From Myxococcales bacterium (lineage in GTDB: Bacteria > Myxococcota_A > UBA9042): a DNA stretch of 64,000 nucleotides. The translations under genes were made by a program, and so were the position numbers. The stretch covers positions 22,480-86,479 of the forward strand of contig JBBISH010000012.1 of NCBI GenBank assembly GCA_037441385.1, read 5' to 3'. The notes below the pieces were generated by a model, which was given only the letters and a program-made list of their open reading frames with translations, did not search any database and was not told where the DNA came from. Of the stretch, positions 19,881-28,874 are shown piece after piece (positions within the stretch are counted from its first letter, which is position 1; each line of letters starts with the position of its first letter).

Positions 19881-19965
19881 CTTTTCTGCTCAAATTCAGG
19901 TTTGGCGAATTGGCCGACCTGTGAAACACTGCGGGAGTCCCCCAACCCCGAGCGCGAGAATCACG

Positions 19966-20361
19966 ATGAGCAAGGCAACCGTACCCCAGACCAGCACCCC
20001 CGCGCGTGCCAGCGACCGCCGCGAGCTGGTCCGCAAGGCCTTCGATATCCAAGTGGGAATCGCCACGGATCATCGGCTCTTTGTCGGGCTGGTTAGCAAC
20101 ATTTCGGCCGGCGGGTTGTTCATCGCCACCGACGAGCACCTGCGCAAAGGCGACCAAGTCGAGGTCCGCTTCTCGATCCCTGGGCACAACCACGTCTTTG
20201 ACAAGCAGGCTACGGTGATGTGGACGCGGCCCCTTTCCGAGGGGTCCAACCAGCGCACCAAAGCCGGAGCGGGCGTAAAGTTCGCGGACTTGACCGAGGA
20301 AGAGACCAAGATGCTCAATGCATTCTTGCAGATCCACGAGCCGATCTTCTTCGATACTTGA
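19966..20361 (+). CDS. PilZ domain protein (TIGR02266-like)
   Basis: DRRELVR (RxxxR), NISAGGLFIAT, GAGVKF, EPIFFD. Confidence 0.85.
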   Translation: MSKATVPQTSTPARASDRRELVRKAFDIQVGIATDHRLFVGLVSNISAGGLFIATDEHLRKGDQVEVRFSIPGHNHVFDKQATVMWTRPLSEGSNQRTKAGAGVKFADLTEEETKMLNAFLQIHEPIFFDT

Positions 20362-20499
20362 GCCCTGGGCGGGCGCACGCGAGCGCCTCCAACCACTCGT
20401 CAGCGACTTCCAAGGTGCGGACGCGCGGAGAAAGGCTGGAGCACCGATCAGAAACCCGAACCTGCGTGCAAACGTCGCGGCGGGTCGCGCCAGTGCAGG

Positions 20500-20720
20500 G
20501 CTCTGATACGGTTTCCGTCCAAATCGGCTCGAAAACTTCGGCAATTCTTCGGGCCCGAACCGGGGTCCCCGCCTGATTCTCGCCGGTTGCAGACCGGGTC
20601 AGAGGAACGGTACAGGCGTGAATCAGACGGGGTTCATATGAGGGGCCCGCTTGCGACCCACAGAGCATCAACGAGTTTTCGTCAGCGAGTCGTTACGTTG
20701 CTCTGAACATCGGAGATTTG
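20500..20720. ncRNA. Candidate structured non-coding RNA (family unassigned; 6S-like rod possible)
   Basis: Lies in a 370-bp gap between convergent genes; 18-bp near-perfect inverted repeat 20567-20584/20615-20632 nested in further complementary arms. Confidence 0.35.
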
Positions 20721-20731
20721 TGATTGGTGTT

Positions 20732-21604
20732 CTACAGTAGCTGCAGTCCGTGGCGCCGGCTCCAGACTTCGATTCGCAATTCCAGCAATTCGGGCAATTC
20801 CAGCGGCGCCGTGTGGCTGCCGCCAGGGACTTCGCACAGTTCTGCGGCGGGCAGACCGGTAGCGAGCTCGCGCTGGAGCTTGACCGGCGTAAAGTGATCC
20901 TGAGTGCCAGCAATTACGAGCGCGGGCATCGTCAGTTCCGCGAGCCACGGCCGGGCGGAGTGGCCCGCGACGCTTTGTAGGAACTCGAGGAAAACGAGCG
21001 GCTCCATCCGCGACATGTGGTTGAGATAGGGCAAGAAGTCGTCGCGGCGGATCATGCGCGGGTTGATCTCGGTCGCCACGGCAAACTGGTAGGCCCACTC
21101 CGTGGGCACCACGCGCTGCCAGATGCGCCGCAACCCCTCTTGGTACTTCAAAGCCGCTCCGCTCAGCAGGGGCAGCAGGCGGGCGCCCAGATCACTGCCC
21201 TGGAACGTGTCCAACGGCCGCTCGAAGGCCCCGCAAATCGGCACGATGGCTCGGGTTTGCTGCGGTCGCAGGTGCGCAGCTTCGAGCAAGACCTGCACGC
21301 CCATCGAGTGCCCCAGCAGCACCACCGGGCCGACACCGGCCCAGTCTGCGACCGTCCAGAGATCGCGGGCACTTTGCTCGATGGTCAGCGAGGCCATGTC
21401 GCTGGGGATCTCGCTCTGGCCGTGGCCCCGATAGTGGAAATGCAGAACCTTGCAGCGATTCTCTAGTGCAGGGCGCAAGTAGCGCCACACGTAGCCGTCG
21501 CAACCCACACCGTCGCAAAGGATGACCGCGGGACCGTCGGGCTTGCCCGTGACGCGGACCGAGAGCTGGGTACCGTCGGGCGCAGCGACCGTCTGCGACT
21601 TCAC
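20732..21604 (-). CDS. Alpha/beta hydrolase
   Basis: YRGHGQS, GHSMG nucleophile elbow, AGTQD, GSHT; GTG overlaps the upstream stop. Confidence 0.88.
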   Translation of the reverse strand: MKSQTVAAPDGTQLSVRVTGKPDGPAVILCDGVGCDGYVWRYLRPALENRCKVLHFHYRGHGQSEIPSDMASLTIEQSARDLWTVADWAGVGPVVLLGHSMGVQVLLEAAHLRPQQTRAIVPICGAFERPLDTFQGSDLGARLLPLLSGAALKYQEGLRRIWQRVVPTEWAYQFAVATEINPRMIRRDDFLPYLNHMSRMEPLVFLEFLQSVAGHSARPWLAELTMPALVIAGTQDHFTPVKLQRELATGLPAAELCEVPGGSHTAPLELPELLELRIEVWSRRHGLQLL

Positions 21605-22395
21605 GGCTTGGCCTCGTGCTCGGCCTTGGCCTCTTTCCACATCTTGGGGCCCAAGATGGCAAAACCAACGGCCAGATAGCCAGCAATCAGCAAGTGGGTG
21701 ATCCAGATGCCCTGTCGAGCCAGAACAGAGAGATAGATGAACACGCCCGCCGCGAGCTGCACCATCTTGAACGCCTTGTTCTTGCTGGCCTTGAGTTTGG
21801 GTAGGGGCAGATTCGACACCATGGCCAGCGCGTTGAACACAAGCGCCACGGGCAGCCAAGTCAGTATTTCTGGGTGGGTTTTGTCCCAGCCCAGCTCGAT
21901 CCAGGCCAAGTAGGCGCTGCAAATCATCGCACCCGACACGGTGGAGGGCAGGCCCAAAAACAGCAGCGGCCCGATCGTGGAGGTCATGACGTTGAAGCGC
22001 GCCAGGCGGACCACGGTCATGATGGCATAGAACAGCGCGATTCCTTTGAGGACTGCCGCGGCCGGCAAACCCAGGAGTTGAGCCTGGGGGCCCCAGACGC
22101 CTGGGACCAGCGTCTCGCACAGGCCAAGAACCAGCGCCCCAGGCGCGGCGCCAAAGGCGGTGGCGTCGGCAAACGAGTCGAACTGGACGCCGAATTCGGT
22201 GGAACCGCGCAGAGCCCGCGCCACCGACCCGTCCAGCTTGTCGAGCAAGACGGACAACAGCACCAGCCAGGCAGCCAGGGCGAAGTCGTGCACCGCGAGC
22301 GAGCAGTACATCGACGAGAGGCCGCAGCCGAGTGCGGTGGCCGTGATCAGGTTCGGCGGGATGGTGCGCGGTGGCACTGGGTCAAAAAGTCTCAC
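21601..22395 (-). CDS. pssA: CDP-alcohol phosphatidyltransferase (phosphatidylserine synthase-like)
   Basis: PNLIT, DKLDGSVAR...FGVQFDSFADATAFG, RLARFN, FLGLPS. Confidence 0.8.
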   Translation of the reverse strand: MRLFDPVPPRTIPPNLITATALGCGLSSMYCSLAVHDFALAAWLVLLSVLLDKLDGSVARALRGSTEFGVQFDSFADATAFGAAPGALVLGLCETLVPGVWGPQAQLLGLPAAAVLKGIALFYAIMTVVRLARFNVMTSTIGPLLFLGLPSTVSGAMICSAYLAWIELGWDKTHPEILTWLPVALVFNALAMVSNLPLPKLKASKNKAFKMVQLAAGVFIYLSVLARQGIWITHLLIAGYLAVGFAILGPKMWKEAKAEHEAKP

Positions 22396-22548
22396 GGCTT
22401 GGGCCTTGTCGCGCGAAGTGGTCGCGTGCGGCTGCGTCCGATGTCTGGCACGCAGCGGGCCTAGCTTAGCGCGCCTGGGCCGCGGCGAGCAATTGCCGCA
22501 CGGCGGCCGCCACTGTCGCGGTTTTGCGCGGGCCTGCTACAGTTGCAC

Positions 22549-24720
22549 GTGAAGACCTTGTTGGGGTTTGCTTTGCCGCTCGCCGTCCGCCACTGGAAGC
22601 CGCACATGCGCATCGGCGCGTCGCTGGTCCTGCTCCGGCAGATCGGCGAGGGCGGCATGGGCCAAGTATGGCTGGCCCAAGACGAATTGCTGGATCGACA
22701 AGTGGCGGTCAAGTGGCTGCGGGCGGACTCGGACCTGGAGGCGCTGGCGCTGCGGACCTTGCTGGAAGCGCGGGCGGCTGCGCGCGTCGTGCACCCCCAC
22801 GTGGTGGCCGTTCACGCCATCGGCGACGATCAAGGCCTGCCGTACATCGAGATGGAGTGGGTGGATGGGCCGTCGCTGCGGCGCGTGCTGGCCAATGGGG
22901 CGGTCCCCCGGCCGCAGGCGGCGCTTTGGCTCGTGCAGATCGCGGCGGCTCTAGACGCTGCCCATCGGCTTGGGGTCATCCACTGCGACATCAAGCCAGA
23001 AAACGTGCTGTTGCGCACCCTGAGCGACGGCCCGACCATCGCCAAGTTGGCCGATTTTGGGCTCGCACGCAGCCGGCAAGACGGCCGGGCCGATGCGCCG
23101 CTCAGCCACGGCACCGCGGCCTACCTGGCGCCCGAGCTAGAGACTAGCGCCCCGCGAGCGACCTCGGACCTGTTCGCGTTGGCCGTGATGGCGGTGGAGT
23201 TGCTGACCGGCGACCTGCCGGAGCGGCCCGACTGGCGCACCCAACCGCAGATTATCGCCGACCAATTGCCACCCGCGGCCCGCGACGTGCTGCGGCGCGC
23301 GACGGACGCCAACCCGCAGCGGCGGCCTACTTCGGCCGGGGCCTTTGCCGACGAGCTGTTGCGGGCCCTGGGTCTCGCCAGCTTGCGATCGGGCCTGCCA
23401 TCCGCGGATTTCAATGCCACCAGCGCCGAGATTGCCTTGCCCGTGCTGGGGGGCCAGGTGCCGCTTGAGGTGGCGATTCCGCTGCTGCTGAGCGTGTTGC
23501 CGCCGCAGACTGGGCTGCTGGACCTGGCGCTGGGGTCTCGGCCGCCCGCGGACCTGTTGGCCCAACTGCGCCACGACGGCACGCTGATCGGGACCAACGC
23601 CGCCCCCGAGCTAGCGCCGGAGATGGATCGGCACAACCTGACCCAGTCGCTGCCGCCGCGGGCCCTGCGCGTGGTGCTAGCGCGCGCGGCGTCGGCAATC
23701 GAGGCGGGCTGCGCACAAAGCGAGTCCAGTCGGGAAGATGCGACCCGCTTGTACTTGGCCGCCCGCCGGTTGGGCGATGCCGCCCGTTTGGCGCGCGAAA
23801 GTGCTGCGGCTACGGCGAACGCGCGGGCGCGCCGGCAGCACTTGTCCCGGGTGGTGGCGCTATCGGCCTCTGCGACCCAGGCCGGGCCGTGGCTCGCGGC
23901 CCTGCTCGACGGCATCGAGTGGGATCTGCGCTGCGGCTGGCTGGAGGCGGTGCGAGCGCCGCTGGCCGAAGCCCAAGGCCTGGCCGCGGATTTGGCGCTG
24001 GCCCCCGGAGATCCCCTGCGACTCCGGGCTGATCTGGCCGATGCGGCGCTGCGCCTGGGGCACGGTCATCCTCGCAAGGCGCTGGAACGCTTGGACCGGG
24101 TCGCTGCGGCGATGCCCGCCGAGGCGGCGGAACACCCTTTGGGGCCCGAGGTTTGGGCGCTGCGCGTAGCCGCACTGGCAGAGGGAGAGCGGCCGGAGTT
24201 GGCGCTGGCCCAGGCCCGAGCGGGCAGCGGCGGTCAGGCCATCGAGCCAGCCGTGCAAGCGTCGCTGGCGGCCGCTTGGGCGGCGATGCGCTTGAACGAT
24301 TGGAACAGTGCCGAACGCTTTGCGCTGCAAGCCACGGCCGGTGCTGCCGAATTGGGCGACGCCCTTTTGGCGGCCGAAGCGGCCCTGCGCCGCGGTGAGT
24401 GTGAGCTGGGTCGCGGCCGGCCCACGCGTGCCAGGAAACTCGCCGACGACGCCTTGGCCCTGCTGGAGTCGCTGGGTACCGTGGCGACGACTGCCAAGGC
24501 GCTGTGGTTGGCCGGCCGCTGTTGCGAGCCGTTGCGGCAACCGCTGGCGGCCGCGCGCGCCTACGGTCAGGCCGAAGTGCTGGCCGGCGAAATGGGCTTG
24601 CCGCGGCTGCGGTTAGATGCACTGCTTGCGCTGGCCGAGCTCGCGCAGACCGCCGGCCAAGGCGACGTGGCCGAGGCTTGGCGGCAAGAGGCAGCGCGGC
24701 TCCGGCGGCGGATGGTCTAG
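22549..24720 (+). CDS. Ser/Thr protein kinase with C-terminal helical/TPR region
   Basis: IGEGGMGQV, VAVK, HCDIKPENVL, DFG, GTAAYLAPE; start uncertain (22543/22549/22606). Confidence 0.85.
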   Translation: MKTLLGFALPLAVRHWKPHMRIGASLVLLRQIGEGGMGQVWLAQDELLDRQVAVKWLRADSDLEALALRTLLEARAAARVVHPHVVAVHAIGDDQGLPYIEMEWVDGPSLRRVLANGAVPRPQAALWLVQIAAALDAAHRLGVIHCDIKPENVLLRTLSDGPTIAKLADFGLARSRQDGRADAPLSHGTAAYLAPELETSAPRATSDLFALAVMAVELLTGDLPERPDWRTQPQIIADQLPPAARDVLRRATDANPQRRPTSAGAFADELLRALGLASLRSGLPSADFNATSAEIALPVLGGQVPLEVAIPLLLSVLPPQTGLLDLALGSRPPADLLAQLRHDGTLIGTNAAPELAPEMDRHNLTQSLPPRALRVVLARAASAIEAGCAQSESSREDATRLYLAARRLGDAARLARESAAATANARARRQHLSRVVALSASATQAGPWLAALLDGIEWDLRCGWLEAVRAPLAEAQGLAADLALAPGDPLRLRADLADAALRLGHGHPRKALERLDRVAAAMPAEAAEHPLGPEVWALRVAALAEGERPELALAQARAGSGGQAIEPAVQASLAAAWAAMRLNDWNSAERFALQATAGAAELGDALLAAEAALRRGECELGRGRPTRARKLADDALALLESLGTVATTAKALWLAGRCCEPLRQPLAAARAYGQAEVLAGEMGLPRLRLDALLALAELAQTAGQGDVAEAWRQEAARLRRRMV

Positions 24721-24776
24721 CCGAAGGCGCGGGAGTCGCCCAATTCGGCACGCGGTGTCGGGAGTCACGAGCAGAA

Positions 24777-25151
24777 GCAAAAGCACGAAAGGCCCGGGAA
24801 TTGCTTCCTTGGGCCTTTCTTGGTCGCTGGGGCAGGATTGCACGCCTGGGCCGGTTTGCTCAAATCCCGCCTCGCGGATGGCAAAAGCACGAAAGGCCCA
24901 GGAATTGCTTCCTTGGGCCTTTCTTGGTCGCGGGGGCAGGATTGCACCCCTGGGCCGGCTTGCTCAAATCCCGCCCCGCGGATGGCAAAAGCACGAAAGG
25001 CCCAGGAATTGCTTCCTTGGGCCTTTCTTGGTCGCGGGGGCAGGATTGCGCCCCTGGGCCGGCTTGTTCAAATCCCGCCCAGCGGACGGCAAAAGCACGA
25101 AAGGCCCAGGAATTGCTTCCTTGGGCCTTTCTTGGTCGCGGGGGCAGGATT
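24777..25151 (-). repeat. tRNA-linked tandem repeat, 104-bp period (3 full units + 1 partial)
   Basis: Units begin at 24777, 24881, 24985 and 25089; each holds the last ~19 nt of tRNA-fMet (AATCCTGCCCCCGCGACCA on the minus strand) plus a GAAAGGCCC...GGGCCTTTC hairpin. Confidence 0.95.
25090..25132 (-). terminator. Intrinsic terminator-like hairpin after the native tRNA 3' end (repeated in each unit)
   Basis: GAAAGGCCCAAGGAAGCAATTCCTGGGCCTTTC followed by GTGCTTTT. Confidence 0.6.
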
Positions 25152-25199
25152 TGAACCTGCGACCTTCGGGTTATGAGTGGCGGACGCTGACCTTGGTGG
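25135..25199 (-). repeat. Left att direct repeat (65 bp) containing the 3' half of tRNA-fMet; the CCA end runs to 25133
   Basis: Identical to 39163-39227; minus strand 25177-25133 reads CTCATAACCCGAAGGTCGCAGGTTCAAATCCTGCCCCCGCGACCA. Confidence 0.93.
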
Positions 25200-25283
25200 A
25201 CGCGCGGGGCCTTGGATTTTGCCCTGTTGTGAGTCATCGCCGCCTTGAGTACCTTGTCGAACTTGCCCGGCAAGGATAGCCGT

Positions 25284-25302
25284 TGGTCACAAAATGGGAA
25301 CA
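25284..25302. promoter_or_regulatory. Putative integrase arm-type site, left
   Basis: TGGTCACAAAA-TGGGAACA, the same motif as the tandem pair at 39091-39112. Confidence 0.6.
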
Positions 25303-26625
25303 GACGAGCCGAAGAAAGACACCAAGAGGCCGCGACGGACGAGCGAAGAGGTAGCAAGAGCGAAGAAGGCGAGAGAGAAGGCGAAGAAGGTGAAGGCGGC
25401 GAGGAAGGTCGCGAAGGAGAATGCTAAGAAGGCGATCGCTGACAAGAAAAGGGCGGTGCGGGCCGCCGGGGGCACCTGGCCGAAGGTGACCAAGGCGCAG
25501 AATGCGGCGGCTTTGAGCGATCCCGCGCGGCGACCCAGCCTGGGAGACCTGCACGCAGCGATCAGGACGTTGTCGGTGATGGTCGACTGCTACGAACGGC
25601 AAGAACCCATGCTCGACCCGAAGAATGGCGCCGTCGATCGCGAAAACGACACTGTGCTGCTAGAGGTGATCGAAATCCTACGCAATGCCGCAGCACGACA
25701 GAGTTACACCGGTGCAATCCGGTCCGCCGCTGCCCAGTTGAGCCAGTCGGTTGCACAGGCGGTCGCCACGGCTATCGGCAAGCGGCACAGGGGGCGCGGC
25801 GCCCCAGTCACGCGGTCCGGAATCGTGCCTCCGGGTTGGCCGGAGTCCTCAGATCGCTTCGTCACAGAATTCGGCATGGCCATTTGGGAATTTCAGCGCG
25901 CTACGGGTCAAAGCGTTGACGCGAAGTTGGCGGCAGAGGCCCTACACACCGCACAGGAAGGCGTCCACAATGCCCGAGCCGCTCACACCGATGTCGGCCC
26001 AGCAGACGTTGGGCTACAGGCTGCAGCTGACATAGCCGGGGTGTCGATTTCGACGATCAAGAAGTGGGCTGCGGCCCAGCGCACAACCGGCAGCAAGAAC
26101 GCGGAGCCGGAACATGGCCGGGCAACGACCTTCTACGGTGCACGGTTCGACAACAGCGACCTCGACCAATTCGCACGCCGCTTGTGTAGGCCGTTTGGCG
26201 GTGACGCATTCATTCGAGCAGCTGCGGCCGAAATCGGCGTCGACGACGTGTTGCGGCTGGCTACCCGAATCTTCGACGGAGCCGCCTGGAGCTTGCCGGC
26301 ATCGCCGGAGTTCTACGCGAAGCGCGATGCGTTGAAGGCCCTGGTGGCAGCACTCGGGGGCAATCCGGCGCTCTACGGGGCACGAGCTGATGAGCTACCT
26401 GCAATCTCGCCACGGACAGGCGCCGCGCCCGGGTCAATGGAAATTCGAGGGCGGGACGCGCAGGGGGACGGATTGTGGCTGTTTGAGGAAATAGACAAAG
26501 GTGCGCGTCTTGTCGACGTTGCACGCGGGGCTTGGTCCACCGAACCCCTGGCGATTGAGGAGCGCTATCGGAAAATGGTGAAGGAGTTCCTGAGCCAAAT
26601 GGCACGTGAACTGGCAGGCAAGTAG
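25294..26625 (+). CDS. Hypothetical protein with Lys/Arg/Ala-rich N-terminus
   Basis: 443-aa ORF at the left end of the element; no family recognised. Confidence 0.65.
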   Translation: MGTDEPKKDTKRPRRTSEEVARAKKAREKAKKVKAARKVAKENAKKAIADKKRAVRAAGGTWPKVTKAQNAAALSDPARRPSLGDLHAAIRTLSVMVDCYERQEPMLDPKNGAVDRENDTVLLEVIEILRNAAARQSYTGAIRSAAAQLSQSVAQAVATAIGKRHRGRGAPVTRSGIVPPGWPESSDRFVTEFGMAIWEFQRATGQSVDAKLAAEALHTAQEGVHNARAAHTDVGPADVGLQAAADIAGVSISTIKKWAAAQRTTGSKNAEPEHGRATTFYGARFDNSDLDQFARRLCRPFGGDAFIRAAAAEIGVDDVLRLATRIFDGAAWSLPASPEFYAKRDALKALVAALGGNPALYGARADELPAISPRTGAAPGSMEIRGRDAQGDGLWLFEEIDKGARLVDVARGAWSTEPLAIEERYRKMVKEFLSQMARELAGK

Positions 26626-26766
26626 GTAACGCCTGGCCGCGCCTGGTGGCGGGACGGTGGGCGGATTGGTGCCGAGGCATCCCTAACTTGAGCTTGCTGC
26701 CCACTTGATAGCCAAACCGCGCAGATCGCAACACTGCAGCCAAGCCCAACCCGCGTTTGCTCTGCC

Positions 26767-27165
26767 CTACCCCACCCGCCGCCGGTCCCACAACTGCGCC
26801 TCGATCAGCTCCATCGTCGCCGGATCCGCCGGCCCGCCGAGCGCCTGCCATTCGTCGCGGCAGGCGTTCTCGAACTCCCACACAGCCAGGTTGGCGACCA
26901 CCAGCGCGTCGACCTTGCACCCCAGCGCACGGGCCGCGCGGGCGACAACTCCAAGGTTTAGGGCATAGGCCCCGGTCTCGTAGCGGCACAGGGTTACCGG
27001 GGCGACCGGCGGCGCCATGCGGGCTGCTAGGTCCTGCTGCCGATACCCGCGCCGGATCCGCTCTTTGGTCAGGCGCCAGCGGCTGGGGATCAGGCCAAGG
27101 CGCGCGAACCGCCGGTGCATGCGCTTTAGATCGGGCAGTTGGCCCGCAGGCTGGATCGGGTTCAT
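26767..27165 (-). CDS. XRE-family HTH protein
   Basis: LTKERIRRGYRQQDLA...TLCRYETG...ARALGCKVDAL. Confidence 0.75.
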   Translation of the reverse strand: MNPIQPAGQLPDLKRMHRRFARLGLIPSRWRLTKERIRRGYRQQDLAARMAPPVAPVTLCRYETGAYALNLGVVARAARALGCKVDALVVANLAVWEFENACRDEWQALGGPADPATMELIEAQLWDRRRVG

Positions 27166-27168
27166 GGG

Positions 27169-28647
27169 TTACCTCCCTCGCAGGGCGCGATCGCGGGTCG
27201 CCTCGGCACGGGCAGGCGGTGGGCCCGACACAGGCATTGGCACTTCCTCGACAGCGCGGCCGGCTGTTGCAGCGTTCCGCAGGGGGCGCAGGCGCACATT
27301 TCGCGACGTAGCGCGGGGTTGCGGCTTCAAGTAGCTCGCCGTGCGAGCGGCGGCCTCCTGCCTGGAGTGTTCGGCCAGCGTCTGCAGCAGCCTCGGCCGC
27401 TCTGGGGGCATGTTGGCGGGCCATGTGCGCCACTTTCCCCCGCAGCGGCTGCAGGATTGCAGTTGCCGGGTAGCAACTCGGCCGCAACCGGTGCACGTCC
27501 AGAACTGACGAACCTGGGTGTCGGCGGGCTGGGCGGCCAAGGTCCACTCGCGATCACCGTGCGCCAAGCCCAGGCGGCGCCAGTTGTCGCCAAAGTCGAC
27601 CACGAGCAGCGCGTCTTTGCGGTGCGCCGGCAGCCGACCGATGGCGAGCTCTTGCAGCCAGCGCGAGCGCGACAGTGTCGAGTGGGCGACGAAGATGGCG
27701 TCGACGGCGGGCGCTTGCACTCCTTCGGTAAATAGATCGACCACGCACAGGGCCCCGACCTTGCGCGAGGCGAGTTGCTCGAAGGCCGCGGCGCGTTCGA
27801 CGTCGGGTGTGCGGTCGTCGATGCACGCCGCGCGGATCCGGGCCTCGGCCAGCGCGGTTGCCAGTTCCTTTGCGTGGCGCAGGCTCGCCGCGAAGATCAG
27901 CAGGCGCTGGCGGCTGGCAAGGCTGGTTGCCGCCTCGACGACGGCGCCGATCAACCGCGCGCTGCAGAACGCCTCTTCTTGGTCGCGGGCGTCGAATTCG
28001 TTGTCGTAGCGACGGAATAGCGACACGTCGGGGCATTCGCTGGTGTGCAAGTGGCTCGGCACCAGGTGGCCGGCGCGGACCATGTCGGCGTCGGTCACTG
28101 CGACAACGGCCGTGCGGTACAGGCGCAACAGGGCGTCGTCGGCGACTCGCTCGGGGGTGGCGGACAGGCCGACTAGCGCGGCACCGGGGAAGGCGTCGGC
28201 CAGCGCGCGGGCTTGCTCTGGGTCGACGTGGGCCTCGTCGATGATGATCAGGTCGGGCGCGGCGTCTTGGGGCCAGCGGCGGGCGCGGCGGCACATGGTC
28301 TGGGCCATTCCGAGCGTGAGGTGCGGCGCAGGGCTGGGGGGCTTGGCGGTTGGCGAGCCGAGGGCGGCGACGTCGGCGGTCCAGCGGTGGATCTCGGCGA
28401 GGGTCGGGGCGAAGAGTTCAAGCCGGGGCACGACGTACAGGGTCTTGTTGCTTTGCTCGGCGACGCGGCGGGCCAGCTCGACGGCGATCGCGGTCTTGCC
28501 GGCGCCCCTGGGCGCGCAAAGCATGACGCGGGCCGGTTGGCGTGCGGCGAGCTGGGCACGCAGGGTCGCGAGGAGGCGATCGACGGCGGCGGCTTGGTAG
28601 GGGCGGAGAGCGGGCCGTGGTGTATGCGGGGTTTGGGGGGTGGCCAT
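27169..28647 (-). CDS. SF2 DEAH-box helicase-like protein with C-terminal Zn ribbon
   Basis: LRPYQ, APRGAGKT, DEAH, GLSATP, LFTEGVQAP, CTGCG...CSRCG; motif VI atypical. Confidence 0.85.
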   Translation of the reverse strand: MATPQTPHTPRPALRPYQAAAVDRLLATLRAQLAARQPARVMLCAPRGAGKTAIAVELARRVAEQSNKTLYVVPRLELFAPTLAEIHRWTADVAALGSPTAKPPSPAPHLTLGMAQTMCRRARRWPQDAAPDLIIIDEAHVDPEQARALADAFPGAALVGLSATPERVADDALLRLYRTAVVAVTDADMVRAGHLVPSHLHTSECPDVSLFRRYDNEFDARDQEEAFCSARLIGAVVEAATSLASRQRLLIFAASLRHAKELATALAEARIRAACIDDRTPDVERAAAFEQLASRKVGALCVVDLFTEGVQAPAVDAIFVAHSTLSRSRWLQELAIGRLPAHRKDALLVVDFGDNWRRLGLAHGDREWTLAAQPADTQVRQFWTCTGCGRVATRQLQSCSRCGGKWRTWPANMPPERPRLLQTLAEHSRQEAAARTASYLKPQPRATSRNVRLRPLRNAATAGRAVEEVPMPVSGPPPARAEATRDRALRGR

Positions 28648-28874
28648 ATGGCAACTGCGCGCCGCGAATTGGCGGAATTGCCAATCAGTATAGCGATTTC
28701 CATGACCTCAGCCAAGGCCGACGTGCAAAGTACCGGTTTCGTGCTGCCGGGGCGGCCGCGACATGTAGCGCGCGGCCGTGCCAGGTATCGCCGGAAACTG
28801 CACACAAACCGACGGACATGAAGGTTGTCATCCGCCAGTTGATAGCAACCCGCAGAGTATTGTTTGAATGTCAA

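Noticed and set aside
20362..20731. SRP RNA, tmRNA or retron msr-msd
   Set aside because: No SRP CAGG...GGAA..AGCAG motif, no tRNA-like ends or terminated tag frame, and no reverse transcriptase nearby.
24777..25151. CRISPR array
   Set aside because: Whole 104-bp units are near-identical with no unique spacers, the repeats derive from a tRNA end, and there are no cas genes.
24504..25357. Repetitive ORFs across the 104-bp array
   Set aside because: They are translations of the tRNA-derived repeat in several frames and cross the att site.
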